A stretch of 64,000 bases of DNA, taken from a virus. Lineage: Duplodnaviria > Heunggongvirae > Uroviricota > Caudoviricetes. Below are positions 38,786 through 49,274 of the stretch, one piece after another. The stretch covers positions 77,223-141,222 of the IMG/VR virus record IMGVR_UViG_3300033066_001253. The stretch is one strand, 5' to 3'. The notes under the pieces are model-generated. The model made no database searches, was not told the DNA's origin, and saw nothing but the letters and a program-made list of their open reading frames with translations. How positions within the stretch are numbered: the first letter of the stretch is position 1; every line of letters starts with the position of its first letter. The position numbers were made by a program, and so were the translations under genes.

Positions 38786-39871
38786 ATGAAAACTACACAA
38801 CTTAAAGAAGCATTAAAATCTGAAATACGTAAAGTTTTAAAAGAAAATGAATATACAAATCTATTAGAAAATAACCAAAATATATGGAATAAAAATAAAA
38901 TTTTATCATTATTTTCTGATTTAGATTTTGATATTGAGGATGATTCTATAAAATATAAAATAAATCCCAAAGATAAAACAGAATTAATTATTAAATTTAT
39001 TGATGAGGACCCCGAAGATGTTCAGGAAAATTGTGAAACAATGGAAGAAGAATTTGGGGGAGATGATTATAATTTTAAATATAATAAATCCAATAATACT
39101 ATTTCTGTAATATTATCTGGGGGTGAAGATGATAATGAAGAAGATTTAGATGAAACTTTGGGAATTAATGAAATGGCCCGCATCGCTAAAACCATCAAAA
39201 TATCAGATTTAGATAAAGCTAAAGCAGTTATAGAAAAAGTTAAAGATACTAAGAAAAAATGGATAGCTGATATGATTCAAAAAGTTATTGATGCTGGAGA
39301 TGAAGGAATAGCTCAAGTAGCATTAGCTAAAGCTTTAGGTAAAGTAGATGAATTTGGAGATGGTCGTCAACAAGCAATTAACCCAGAAGTACGTTCGTTG
39401 TTAGGTGGTGATGTATTTACATTTGGAGCTGCTAAAATGGAAGATAAACCAGAAGTAACAGATGTTACTACAGATGATGAAGATGAAATTATCACATCAG
39501 TACCAGATGAAACAGAAGATGAAGAAGAAATAGATATTACAAATGATGATGTTGAAGATTCAGAAGATGAAGATGAAACTGATGCTGATAAATTTCTTAA
39601 ATCAGATGAAGAAGAAACTGAAGATGATGAAGAAGTAGCTAAAAAAGCAACTCCAAACAAACGTATTGGATCAAAAGCAGATCAATTAGATGCTGTTATT
39701 ACTGATATGAAAAAATTGGCAGCTGATTATAAAAAAGCTAAAACAGATGGAGATAAAGATAAAGAAAAAGAAATCGCTGATAAATTAAAAGAAAAAACTA
39801 AATTAAAAAAAGATTTAGAAAAAGATATTCAAATTAGTTTAGGTGATGAAACAGACGAAGATGAATTATAA
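38786..39871 (+). CDS. Highly acidic candidate internal head protein
   Basis: MKTTQLKEALKSEIRKVLKE; INEMA; D/E-rich tracts. Confidence 0.6.
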   Translation: MKTTQLKEALKSEIRKVLKENEYTNLLENNQNIWNKNKILSLFSDLDFDIEDDSIKYKINPKDKTELIIKFIDEDPEDVQENCETMEEEFGGDDYNFKYNKSNNTISVILSGGEDDNEEDLDETLGINEMARIAKTIKISDLDKAKAVIEKVKDTKKKWIADMIQKVIDAGDEGIAQVALAKALGKVDEFGDGRQQAINPEVRSLLGGDVFTFGAAKMEDKPEVTDVTTDDEDEIITSVPDETEDEEEIDITNDDVEDSEDEDETDADKFLKSDEEETEDDEEVAKKATPNKRIGSKADQLDAVITDMKKLAADYKKAKTDGDKDKEKEIADKLKEKTKLKKDLEKDIQISLGDETDEDEL

Positions 39872-40199
39872 ACAATTAGGTTTACATATATTATTTACTA
39901 TTATCATTGTATGGGTTGGTATAACGTTTATACCAACCTCTCATACTCTTGATAACGCTCTATATGAAAGAAAAATTGATTCATTAACTACGGCTATAAA
40001 CGTTAATAATGATAAAATATTAGCTAAAGATATTGATATTCAAAATTTAAGAGATAGTGTTAAATGTATTGATGTTCAATTGAATGATAATAAAAATAAG
40101 TTATATAAATTAAAAAAAGATTATGAAGAAAAAATTGGTAATATTGGTAAGTATTCTTCTAATGAGCTTGCTGAGTTTTTCACAAACCGATACAAATAA
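39861..40199 (+). CDS. N-terminal TM + coiled-coil protein (Rz/i-spanin-like)
   Basis: LGLHILFTIIIVWVGITFI followed by a coiled coil; ATG at 39861 preferred. Confidence 0.45.
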   Translation: MNYKQLGLHILFTIIIVWVGITFIPTSHTLDNALYERKIDSLTTAINVNNDKILAKDIDIQNLRDSVKCIDVQLNDNKNKLYKLKKDYEEKIGNIGKYSSNELAEFFTNRYK

Positions 40200-40521
40200 A
40201 GTTTGTATTGATAAATCAATTGCACGTCAAATAGCAGTAGATTTAGTGAAAAAAGATTTAAATGATTCTATTATAGTTAATATTACTAGAGATAATAACT
40301 TATTACTTAAAAAAATAGAATTTAAAGACAGTACTATTTCAGCTTATAATACTAAAATAGATTTATTCAAACATAATGAGTCTATGTTAAATCAAAAAAT
40401 TGAATATAAAGATAAAGAAATTAATAATTTAAATTTATCATTATCTAAACAAAAAAAACTTACTTTAGGTGCAGTTATAGGGGGTGGAGCTTTATTCATA
40501 TTATCCATATTCATTAAATAA
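40123..40521 (+). CDS. Secreted coiled-coil protein with C-terminal hydrophobic anchor
   Basis: Signal peptide MKKKLVILVSILLMSLLSFS-Q; C-terminal LGAVIGGGALFILSIF; overlaps the previous gene by 77 nt. Confidence 0.5.
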   Translation: MKKKLVILVSILLMSLLSFSQTDTNKVCIDKSIARQIAVDLVKKDLNDSIIVNITRDNNLLLKKIEFKDSTISAYNTKIDLFKHNESMLNQKIEYKDKEINNLNLSLSKQKKLTLGAVIGGGALFILSIFIK

Positions 40522-40543
40522 ATTATAAATACACAATAAATTC

Positions 40544-40571
40544 AATCCTGGCTAAAAACCAGGATTTTTTT
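40544..40571 (+). terminator. Intrinsic terminator
   Basis: AATCCTGG/CCAGGATT stem followed by a T run. Confidence 0.75.
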
Positions 40572-40594
40572 GTCCTTGTATATATTTATAATAT

Positions 40595-41290
40595 ATGGCT
40601 TATTTATACAGACACATAAGATTAGATACTAACGAACCTTTCTATATAGGAATTGGTAGTGACGAAGATGGAAAATATGAACGATCTAAAGCTAGTTGGG
40701 GTAGAAATAAAATATGGAAAAGAATTGTAAATAAAGTTTCATATAGAATAGATATAATCCAAGAAAATTTAACTTGGGATGAAGCTTGTACCAAAGAAAT
40801 AGAATTCATCAAGTTATATGGTAGAAGGGACTTAGGTTTAGGTCCATTAGTTAATCTAACTGATGGAGGAGATGGTTTAGTAGGTTATAAACGAAGTGAA
40901 AAATTAAATAAAGATGCTTTATTATATAAAGCTATTCCTGTTTTTCAATATGATTTAGATGGTAGTTTTATCAAAGAATGGAATTCATCAGCTCAAGCAT
41001 CGAATGAATTAAATTTAGATAGAGGTCATGTATGTGCTGTTTTGAAAAATAAAAAATTAACTGTTAAAGGATTTATATTTAAATATGAAAAATTTGATAA
41101 AATAGAACCTCCTTTACTTATTCGTAATCATCCAATATCTCAATATTCTAAAGAAAATATATTTATCAAAAAATGGAATAGTATGGTTGAAGCACAAAAA
41201 ACCCTCAATATAAATAATATATCTAAAGTTTTAAATAATAAAGCTAAATTTGCTGGAGGATTTAGATGGAAAAGAAACTTACATGAGTGA
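40595..41290 (+). CDS. GIY-YIG homing endonuclease with NUMOD1-like repeats
   Basis: YLYRHIRLDTNEPFYIGIG...LVNLTDGGDG; two VFQYDLDG/ISQYSKEN...W.S..A repeats. Confidence 0.8.
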   Translation: MAYLYRHIRLDTNEPFYIGIGSDEDGKYERSKASWGRNKIWKRIVNKVSYRIDIIQENLTWDEACTKEIEFIKLYGRRDLGLGPLVNLTDGGDGLVGYKRSEKLNKDALLYKAIPVFQYDLDGSFIKEWNSSAQASNELNLDRGHVCAVLKNKKLTVKGFIFKYEKFDKIEPPLLIRNHPISQYSKENIFIKKWNSMVEAQKTLNINNISKVLNNKAKFAGGFRWKRNLHE

Positions 41291-42869
41291 AAACAAACCT
41301 ATAAATTATAAAGAAATAATTAAACAAGAATACCTTAAATGTGCAACTGATCCTGCATATTTTATGCGTAAGTTTTGTTACATACAGCATCCTCAAAGGG
41401 GAAGAATCCTATTCAATCTATACCCATTCCAAGGAAAAGTATTACAATTATTTAGAGACAATCCATATAATATTGTACTTAAATCTAGACAATTAGGTAT
41501 CTCAACTTTATCAGCAGGTTATTCTTTATGGTTAATGTTATTTCATAAGGATAAAAACATTCTTTGTATCGCTACTAAGACTGAAACTGCAAAAAACATG
41601 GTTACTAAGGTAAAATTCATGTATGATAATTTACCTTCATGGCTTAGAGAAAAAGATAATCCTTTAGAAAATAATAAATTATCCCTTAGATTAAATAATG
41701 GTTCCCAAATAAAAGCAGTATCAGCAGCTGGTGATTCAGGTCGATCTGAAGCAGTTTCTTTATTACTTATAGATGAGGCTGCTTTTATTGAAGGTGTTGA
41801 TGAAATTTGGGCTTCAGCTCAACAAACATTAGCAACTGGTGGTGGAGCTATAGTATTATCTACTCCTTATGGAACAGGAAATTGGTTTCATAAAACTTGG
41901 GTCGAGGCTGAATCAGGAGAAAATGATTTCTTACCTATAAAATTAGATTGGAAAGTTCATCCTGAACGTGATCAAACTTGGAGAGATTCTCAAGATAAAA
42001 AACTAGGTGACCCTAGATTAGCAGCACAAGAATGTGATTGTAATTTCTCAACTTCAGGTGATTTAGTATTTCATTCAGAATATTTAGAATATATTGAGAA
42101 AAATACTATTGAAGAACCTATCGAACGAAGAGGAAATGATAGAAATTTATGGATTTGGAAAACTGTAGATTATAATAAAAATTATGTAGTAACAGCCGAT
42201 GTTGCTAGAGGAGATGGAAAGGATTCATCTGCTGCTCAAGTATTTGATCCTGAAACTAATGAACAAGTTGCAGAATATAAAGGTCAATTAGGACCCAAAG
42301 ATTTTGGACATTTTTTAGTAGGTTTAGCTACTGAATATAATAATGCTTTATTAGCAGTAGAAAATGCTAACATGGGTTGGAGTACAGTAGAAACTATTTT
42401 AGAAAGAGGATATTCTAATTTCTATTATTCATCTAAAAGTGGAAATGCAGAAGTTTCTTCGTATACGAATGGATATGAAGATACAAGTAAAATGACTCCT
42501 GGATTTACAATGTCACAATCAACACGTCCATTAGTTATTAGTAAATTTCAAGAATATGTTTTTGAAAAATCAATAATAATTAGATCAAAAAGATTACTTG
42601 GTGAGATGAAAGTTTTTGTTTGGAAAAATAACAGAGCAGAAGCCCAATCAGGTTATAATGATGATTTAATTATGAGTTGTGGGATTGGAACTTATATAAG
42701 AGATAAAGCATTAAGATATAAACAACAAGGAATTGAGATGACAAAATCAGTTCTTAATAATATTACTTCAACTAAACCTCAAACAGCAGGATATAATTCC
42801 TATATTACTCAAAATCCTTATACAATGAATGTAAGAGGCAGACAAGAGGATTTTAGATGGATTCTATAA
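41283..42869 (+). CDS. terL: Terminase large subunit (T4 gp17-like)
   Basis: KSRQLGIST Walker A, LLIDEAAF Walker B, STPYG, VVTADVARGDGKD RNase-H domain, DDLIMS; ATG at 41283 preferred. Confidence 0.95.
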   Translation: MSENKPINYKEIIKQEYLKCATDPAYFMRKFCYIQHPQRGRILFNLYPFQGKVLQLFRDNPYNIVLKSRQLGISTLSAGYSLWLMLFHKDKNILCIATKTETAKNMVTKVKFMYDNLPSWLREKDNPLENNKLSLRLNNGSQIKAVSAAGDSGRSEAVSLLLIDEAAFIEGVDEIWASAQQTLATGGGAIVLSTPYGTGNWFHKTWVEAESGENDFLPIKLDWKVHPERDQTWRDSQDKKLGDPRLAAQECDCNFSTSGDLVFHSEYLEYIEKNTIEEPIERRGNDRNLWIWKTVDYNKNYVVTADVARGDGKDSSAAQVFDPETNEQVAEYKGQLGPKDFGHFLVGLATEYNNALLAVENANMGWSTVETILERGYSNFYYSSKSGNAEVSSYTNGYEDTSKMTPGFTMSQSTRPLVISKFQEYVFEKSIIIRSKRLLGEMKVFVWKNNRAEAQSGYNDDLIMSCGIGTYIRDKALRYKQQGIEMTKSVLNNITSTKPQTAGYNSYITQNPYTMNVRGRQEDFRWIL

Positions 42870-42878
42870 AAACAAACA

Positions 42879-44771
42879 ATGGCAGATACAAAACTATTTA
42901 TTAGATTAAAAAGATTATTTAGTACTGATGTAATCATACGAAATATAGGTGGAAATGAACTTAAGGTAATGGATGTAAATCAAATCCAAACTTCAGGAGA
43001 AATCCAAACCAATTCATTAGTTGATAGATTTCAACGTCTATATACTACATCACCTACATCACTATATGGTCAAAATAACAACCTGAATTTCCAGACTATT
43101 CGACCTCAATTATATTCAGAATATGATGCTATGGATAGTGATGCAATTATAGCATCTGCTTTAGATATATTAGCTGATGAGAGTACATTAAAAAATGATT
43201 TAGGGGAAGTACTTCAAATTAGAAGTAGTGATGAAAATATTCAAAAAATTCTTTATAATTTATTTTATGATGTAATGAATATAGAATTCAATCTATGGTC
43301 ATGGATTAGAAATATGTGTAAATATGGTGATTTTTTCTTAAAATTAGAAATTGCTGAAAAATATGGAGTTTACAATGTTATCCCTTATACAGCATATCAT
43401 ATTGATCGTCAAGAAGGATATGATATTGAAAACCCAATGGCTGTTAGATTTAGATTTAGTCCTGAAGGTATAGCAATGGATGGTTCATCTTACACTAGAT
43501 CAACTCAAGATACTAAAACAGCTATATTTTTTGATAATTATGAAATGGCTCATTTTAGATTATTAGCAGATACTAATTATTTACCTTATGGGAGATCATA
43601 TTTAGAACCAGCTCGTAAATTATTTAAACAATATGTTTTAATGGAAGATGCTATGTTAATTCATAGAATTGTCCGTGCCCCTGAAAAAAGAGTTTTTTAC
43701 ATTAATGTGGGTGGAATTGCATCTGCTGAAGTAGAAGGTTTTATGCAAAAAACCATCAATACCATGAAACGTACACCTTATATGGATCCTCAAACAGGTG
43801 AATATAATTTACGTTATAATATGATGAATATGATGGAGGATTTTTACATTCCGATGAGGGGTAATGATACTGCAACTAAAATTGATACAACAAAAGGTTT
43901 AGATTATTCTGGAATAGAAGATGTACAATATTTACGTGATAAATTATTTGCTGCTTTAAAAGTACCTAAAGCATTTATGGGTTATGAAAAAGATTTAACT
44001 GGTAAAGCAACATTAGCAGCAGAAGATATTAGATTTGCTCGTACAGTAGAACGTTTACAACGTATCATTATTTCAGAATTATATAAAATAGCATTAGTTC
44101 ATTTATATACTCAAGGTTTCAAAGATGAAAATTTAACTAATTTTACATTATCTTTAACAACACCTTCAATTATATATGATCAAGAAAAAATTGCATTATT
44201 GAAAGAAAAAGTATCATTAGCTAAGGATATAATGGAATCTAAATTATTACCTACAGATTGGATTTATGATAATGTATTCCATCTTAGTGATAATGAATTT
44301 GATGAACATAGAGATTTAATACGTGAAGATGCTAGACGTACATTCCGCTTAAACCAAATAGAAAACGAAGGTAACGACCCAGTAGAATCAGGTGAATCAT
44401 ATGGTACACCACATGATTTAGCTTCATTATATGGTAAAGGACGTATGGATTCTAATACAGATAATTTACCTGATGGATATAATGAAGATGTACCAAAAGG
44501 TAGACCTAAAAAACGAGTAACTAATATTAATACTCAAGATGATAATTTTGGTAAAGATCGTTTAGGTAAAATCGATATGAAAAAGGATGATCAATCTACT
44601 AAAGTAGATATTAATTTTAAAGGTGGTTCACCATTAGCATTGGAAAATACATCAAAAATTGAACAATTAAAAAATAAACAATTATTAGAAAATCTAATAG
44701 TTAAAAAGAAACTAGTATTTAACTCTACTAATGAATCATCATTGTTAGATGAAAATCAATTGAAGGACTAA
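42879..44771 (+). CDS. gp20: Portal protein (T4 gp20-like)
   Basis: LMEDAMLIHRIVRAPEKRVFYINVG, MEDFYIP, IEDVQYLRDKLFAALKVP. Confidence 0.95.
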   Translation: MADTKLFIRLKRLFSTDVIIRNIGGNELKVMDVNQIQTSGEIQTNSLVDRFQRLYTTSPTSLYGQNNNLNFQTIRPQLYSEYDAMDSDAIIASALDILADESTLKNDLGEVLQIRSSDENIQKILYNLFYDVMNIEFNLWSWIRNMCKYGDFFLKLEIAEKYGVYNVIPYTAYHIDRQEGYDIENPMAVRFRFSPEGIAMDGSSYTRSTQDTKTAIFFDNYEMAHFRLLADTNYLPYGRSYLEPARKLFKQYVLMEDAMLIHRIVRAPEKRVFYINVGGIASAEVEGFMQKTINTMKRTPYMDPQTGEYNLRYNMMNMMEDFYIPMRGNDTATKIDTTKGLDYSGIEDVQYLRDKLFAALKVPKAFMGYEKDLTGKATLAAEDIRFARTVERLQRIIISELYKIALVHLYTQGFKDENLTNFTLSLTTPSIIYDQEKIALLKEKVSLAKDIMESKLLPTDWIYDNVFHLSDNEFDEHRDLIREDARRTFRLNQIENEGNDPVESGESYGTPHDLASLYGKGRMDSNTDNLPDGYNEDVPKGRPKKRVTNINTQDDNFGKDRLGKIDMKKDDQSTKVDINFKGGSPLALENTSKIEQLKNKQLLENLIVKKKLVFNSTNESSLLDENQLKD

Positions 44772-44805
44772 TTTACATATATTTATAATAAACTCCCTAT
44801 CAGGA

Positions 44806-45660
44806 ATGAAGATAACCCACAACAAATTTAAGAATTCTGGTATATTATTTGAATTACTTGTATCACAAATAACATCAGATACACTAAATGCTAAGGAATC
44901 ACCTGCAGTTGATATATTACGTAAACATTTTACTAAAAGTGAATTAAGTAAAGAATATAAATTATATGAAACTTTACTAAAGAATAAAAGATTAACTGAA
45001 GGTAAAGCAGATATTATATTAAATACTGTACTTGAAGCATCTAAAAAATTAAACAGAACTGCTTTAAGAAAAGAAAAATATAATTTAATTAAAGAAATTA
45101 AAAATCATTATAATTTAGAAGAATTTTTCAAAACTAAATTACCTAATTATAAAGCACAAGCTGCTTTTTATAATTTAATGGAAATAGCAAATAGTGGAGT
45201 TAATAATACTGATGCTGTAATTAATAATAAAATTACTATATTAGAACATCTTACTTCAAAACCAGTAACTGAAGAGGTAAAAGATAAACTATTAGAAGAA
45301 TTTTCAAGTTTTGATAAAGGTACTAGAATGTTAGTATCTAGAACATTATTAGATAAATTCAATGAAAAATATAGTTCATTTAATCCACAACAAAAGTTAA
45401 TTCTTAAAGAATATATTAATTCAGTAGATAATACTTCTAAATTACGTGATTTTTATAATTTACAACTAGTTGAAATTAAATCAAATTTAACTAAAGTAAA
45501 TAAAAAAGTTAAAGACGAAGTAACTAAAATTAAGGTTAATGAAATCGTTACGTTAATAAATGAAGTAGATAAAACATATAAAGTAAAAAACGAAGATATT
45601 ATTAACTTACTTCAATATTGTGAGCTTTTAAATGAATTAGAAAAAATCAATTTAAACTAA
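44806..45660 (+). CDS. Head-module hypothetical protein
   Basis: 284 aa, helical; KFKNSGILFELL; directly after the portal. Confidence 0.65.
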   Translation: MKITHNKFKNSGILFELLVSQITSDTLNAKESPAVDILRKHFTKSELSKEYKLYETLLKNKRLTEGKADIILNTVLEASKKLNRTALRKEKYNLIKEIKNHYNLEEFFKTKLPNYKAQAAFYNLMEIANSGVNNTDAVINNKITILEHLTSKPVTEEVKDKLLEEFSSFDKGTRMLVSRTLLDKFNEKYSSFNPQQKLILKEYINSVDNTSKLRDFYNLQLVEIKSNLTKVNKKVKDEVTKIKVNEIVTLINEVDKTYKVKNEDIINLLQYCELLNELEKINLN

Positions 45661-46355
45661 TGGAAGATTTCGATTACATAAAATATTTAAAGAATAATCC
45701 TTTATTAAATGAATCAGAACAAGGAACTAAAGATGATGTTGAATTACATAAAATAATAGGTAATTCAATTCCATTTGCTGATTTATTATGGGCTGTAAAA
45801 GAAGATTGGGGTAAAGGAGATTTATATTTTGAATTAGAAGAAGCTATATTTGATAAAGATGCTGATAGAATAAAATCAATTCTTCAAAATTATGATGTTT
45901 GGGATGATTATAAACATATGTTAAACCTAAACGAATCAGAAGATGAAGATTGGGTTGATATTGAACAAGGTGGAGAAGAAGATATAGATAATTTAAATAT
46001 GAAATATCAACGTGTTCTTCCAAATAAAAAAATACTTATCCAGGTAATGAAAGATTCTGGACGAGGTTCAGATTTATATCATACTTTATTAGCATATTTT
46101 TCTAAATTAAATCATGTAAAAGGATATGATTCAGATATGTCTAAAATAAAAGACATTCTTAAAAAATATGAGGTTTGGGATAAATATAGTCATTTCTTTA
46201 ATATGAATGAAGATAGAATTAAATCTCTTATTAAAAAAACCTTAGACGAAATGTCAGTTACTGGTGGAGGTGGAGCAGGAGCTGGATTTGAACCTGGTAT
46301 TGGAATGAATTATGCTACTCCTAAAGCATTTAAGAAAGTTAAAAAGAAAAAATAA
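45660..46355 (+). CDS. Head-module protein with internal duplication
   Basis: Two copies of IK.IL..Y.VWD.Y.H..N.NE; several LxE sites. Confidence 0.6.
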   Translation: MEDFDYIKYLKNNPLLNESEQGTKDDVELHKIIGNSIPFADLLWAVKEDWGKGDLYFELEEAIFDKDADRIKSILQNYDVWDDYKHMLNLNESEDEDWVDIEQGGEEDIDNLNMKYQRVLPNKKILIQVMKDSGRGSDLYHTLLAYFSKLNHVKGYDSDMSKIKDILKKYEVWDKYSHFFNMNEDRIKSLIKKTLDEMSVTGGGGAGAGFEPGIGMNYATPKAFKKVKKKK

Positions 46356-46367
46356 TATTTATAAGTA

Positions 46368-46613
46368 ATGAAATCAACTGAATTAAGAAGATTAAAAATT
46401 AAACTAGCAAATCTCCAAACAGAAATTCAATATTTAATTGATAAAGGTGAAAATGAGCCTGGTTTAATAGATGCTATAGCTTCGGATATTGCTGATTTTA
46501 CTGATGAAGTAACTAAAATCAGAAAAGAAATAGCTGGTATTAAAGATAAAAAAATTCAAAAAGAATCAATTAGTTTAGTTAAAATTTACGAAGAAATAAA
46601 AAAGAAAAAATAA
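46368..46613 (+). CDS. Small coiled-coil protein
   Basis: 81 aa; ATATTTATA 4 nt upstream. Confidence 0.6.
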   Translation: MKSTELRRLKIKLANLQTEIQYLIDKGENEPGLIDAIASDIADFTDEVTKIRKEIAGIKDKKIQKESISLVKIYEEIKKKK

Positions 46614-47893
46614 TGGCAAGTTTACAAGAACAATATAACCTTATTAAAGAAGGTAAATCAACAGCTAAAGATGTATTTTTAAAACATGCTAAAGCTTTAT
46701 TTCCTCAATATATTCCTAATCACTTCGATTTTGAATTAACTACTAAAATATTAAAAACTAAATCAATTATAACTGAAGGTTATGTTGATTTAACTCCTTC
46801 ACATAATATTCAGGCTACTCCTAAACAACCATATGAGTTAGCATTTGAAAAATTCTTACAAGAAGCTAAGAAAAAAGAAGCAGAAGAGAAAAAAATTAAA
46901 GCTGATCTTAAAAAAACAGATAAATCAGTAGAAGATATTCAAGATAAAGACTATGATCAAAAAGATACTAAATCAATTGATAATGTAATCTTTGATCAAT
47001 TACAACGTGGTGTTTATACTGAAATGAGTAAAGATCCTGATCAAGATCTTAAAAAAGTAAAAGAAAAAGTATTAAAAAATCTTACTAAAGATCCAATTTA
47101 TTATACTAAAAACAGTGCTTTTGGACTTGAAATAGAAGGATATACAGATAAATTACCAGGTGCTAATCCATCTAAAACAGATAAAATGGAACCTGTTTCA
47201 AAAGAAAAAACTAAATCTAATGTACAAGATTCATTAGGTAAAAAAGAAGCAGCTTCTAAAGGTAAACCTAAATTAGTTAAAGATGAGATGACTCAAACAT
47301 CTAAAACTGCTAGAGGTATTAAAAAAATGGATATGCCTGGTAAAGAAAAAGTTATTAAGTTGAAGGAGGGGATGGGATTAGCTGATTTATTAGGAGAAGA
47401 AGAAGTTGAAGAAATTAAAGTTAATGATCCAAAAAATACTTTATTTAATTTTTGGAAAAAAGGAGAAATTGAAGTTGGTAATGAAACAGCTAATGTAGAG
47501 TCACCTGAAGAATTACAAGGAGAAACCAAAGATACTTTTAATCGTTTTGTTGATTTAGTTAATAATTATCCTAAAATTGATAAAGAAGATTTGGCAGTTC
47601 TTAATTCTATAGGATTATTTGGAGGGACAGAAACATTTTATAATAGTTATGAATGGAATAACTTAAAAGAAAAAGATTTCATTAAAATCATGATGCATGA
47701 ATATGGTTATGAAAGAGAAGATGTAGATGAAGATTATGAAAATTTAGATGAAACTCTAGAAGAAGGCCCACTCGAAGACGCAGACGCTAAATTAGCAAAA
47801 GATCAAGCAGCCAAAGAAGCAGAAGCAGCAGCAATTGAAAAACAAAGAGCTGATAATAAACTAAAAATAGCAAACGCTAATAAAAACGTTTAA
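46613..47893 (+). CDS. Charged candidate prohead core/internal protein
   Basis: K/E/D-rich, many (I/L)xE sites; sits just before the protease. Confidence 0.55.
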   Translation: MASLQEQYNLIKEGKSTAKDVFLKHAKALFPQYIPNHFDFELTTKILKTKSIITEGYVDLTPSHNIQATPKQPYELAFEKFLQEAKKKEAEEKKIKADLKKTDKSVEDIQDKDYDQKDTKSIDNVIFDQLQRGVYTEMSKDPDQDLKKVKEKVLKNLTKDPIYYTKNSAFGLEIEGYTDKLPGANPSKTDKMEPVSKEKTKSNVQDSLGKKEAASKGKPKLVKDEMTQTSKTARGIKKMDMPGKEKVIKLKEGMGLADLLGEEEVEEIKVNDPKNTLFNFWKKGEIEVGNETANVESPEELQGETKDTFNRFVDLVNNYPKIDKEDLAVLNSIGLFGGTETFYNSYEWNNLKEKDFIKIMMHEYGYEREDVDEDYENLDETLEEGPLEDADAKLAKDQAAKEAEAAAIEKQRADNKLKIANANKNV

Positions 47894-47894
47894 T

Positions 47895-48503
47895 ATGAGA
47901 GAAATATTAATTGAAACAATACCATTGACTCTATCTCTTCAGAATATTCATGAGTCTATGAGGAGAGGAGGTAATTTAGTTGTTGAAACTTTATTAGCTA
48001 CTAGTGAAAAAACTAACGGAAATCAAAGATTTTACCCTAGAGAATTATGGGAAAGAGAAATAGATAAATATAATCAAGAATTTATAAATAATAGAACAAG
48101 TACAGGAGAGTTGGATCATCCTGATAGTTCTATAATTAATTTAAAAAATGTATCACATCTCATTACCAAAACATGGTGGGATGGAGATAAAATATATGGT
48201 AAATTAGAAATCTTACCTACCCCATCTGGAAATATAGCTAAAACATTAATTGAAAGTGGAGTCACATTAGGAATATCTAGCAGAGGTATGGGTTCACTTA
48301 AACAAGTAGGTGATGTAATGGAAGTACAAGGAGATTTTAGTCTTCTTTGTTGGGATTTAGTTAGTACTCCATCAAATCCAGGCTCATTTTTAAAAACAGG
48401 TAATTTAAATGAATCATTAAATAATAATATTAACCCTTATACCAAAATTAATGGGATAATAACAGATATTCTTTGTTCACAAGGTCAATGTCCAATATGG
48501 TAG
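47895..48503 (+). CDS. gp21: Prohead protease (T4 gp21-like)
   Basis: NGNQRFYP, GELDHP, LGISSRGMGS, WDLVSTPS. Confidence 0.95.
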   Translation: MREILIETIPLTLSLQNIHESMRRGGNLVVETLLATSEKTNGNQRFYPRELWEREIDKYNQEFINNRTSTGELDHPDSSIINLKNVSHLITKTWWDGDKIYGKLEILPTPSGNIAKTLIESGVTLGISSRGMGSLKQVGDVMEVQGDFSLLCWDLVSTPSNPGSFLKTGNLNESLNNNINPYTKINGIITDILCSQGQCPIW

Positions 48504-49216
48504 AAAAAATTTGTACTAAATGTAATATTAATAAATCTATATTAGATTATTATAAAAATAAAAAATATACTAATGGGTATAGTTTAAATTGTAAATCTTG
48601 TATTAAACAATATTATATAGATAATAAACAAAAGAAAAAAGAATATAGATCTAGTGATGAATTTAAAACTAAAAAAATAGAATATGATAAGAAATATTAC
48701 TATGAAAATAGAGAGCAAAGAATTCAAACTGTAACTAAATATAACAGAGAAACTAACTATCCTCAAATTTGGCATAAGATTAATAAAGATAAAGTTAGTG
48801 CTTATCATAAAATTAATAGAAAAAAACTTAATTCTCAAACTAAAGAAAGATATAAAAATAATATACAATTTAAACTTAAAGTTAGATTAAGACTTAGATT
48901 GTTAGATGCTTTAAGAAAAGATAATATAACTAAAAACCATTCTGCTTTATTATTAATAGGATGTTCAATTGAAGAATTTAAAAATCATTTGGAATCTATG
49001 TTTTTGAATGGAATGTCTTGGGAAAATCACGGGATAATTTGGGAGATAGATCATATCAAACCGTGTTCATCTTTTGACTTAATTAATATAGATCAACAAT
49101 TAGAATGTTTTAATTATAAAAACCACCAACCATTATTTAAAACTACAGAAATAGCTAAATCATTTGGTTATTTAGATCATATTGGTAACAGAAATAAATC
49201 TGATAGAATATTTTAA
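48497..49216 (+). CDS. HNH homing endonuclease
   Basis: CTKC...CKSC; WEIDHIKP...HQPLFKTT...IGNRNK; ATG at 48497 overlaps the protease stop. Confidence 0.8.
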   Translation: MVEKICTKCNINKSILDYYKNKKYTNGYSLNCKSCIKQYYIDNKQKKKEYRSSDEFKTKKIEYDKKYYYENREQRIQTVTKYNRETNYPQIWHKINKDKVSAYHKINRKKLNSQTKERYKNNIQFKLKVRLRLRLLDALRKDNITKNHSALLLIGCSIEEFKNHLESMFLNGMSWENHGIIWEIDHIKPCSSFDLINIDQQLECFNYKNHQPLFKTTEIAKSFGYLDHIGNRNKSDRIF

Positions 49217-49244
49217 CCCCTCTCAAAATAGTATTCTGAGACTG

Positions 49245-49274
49245 ATGCCTTTCGAAAGAGAGGCATTTCTTTTT
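49245..49274 (+). terminator. Intrinsic terminator with GAAA tetraloop
   Basis: ATGCCTTTC-GAAA-GAGAGGCAT followed by TTCTTTTT. Confidence 0.7.
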
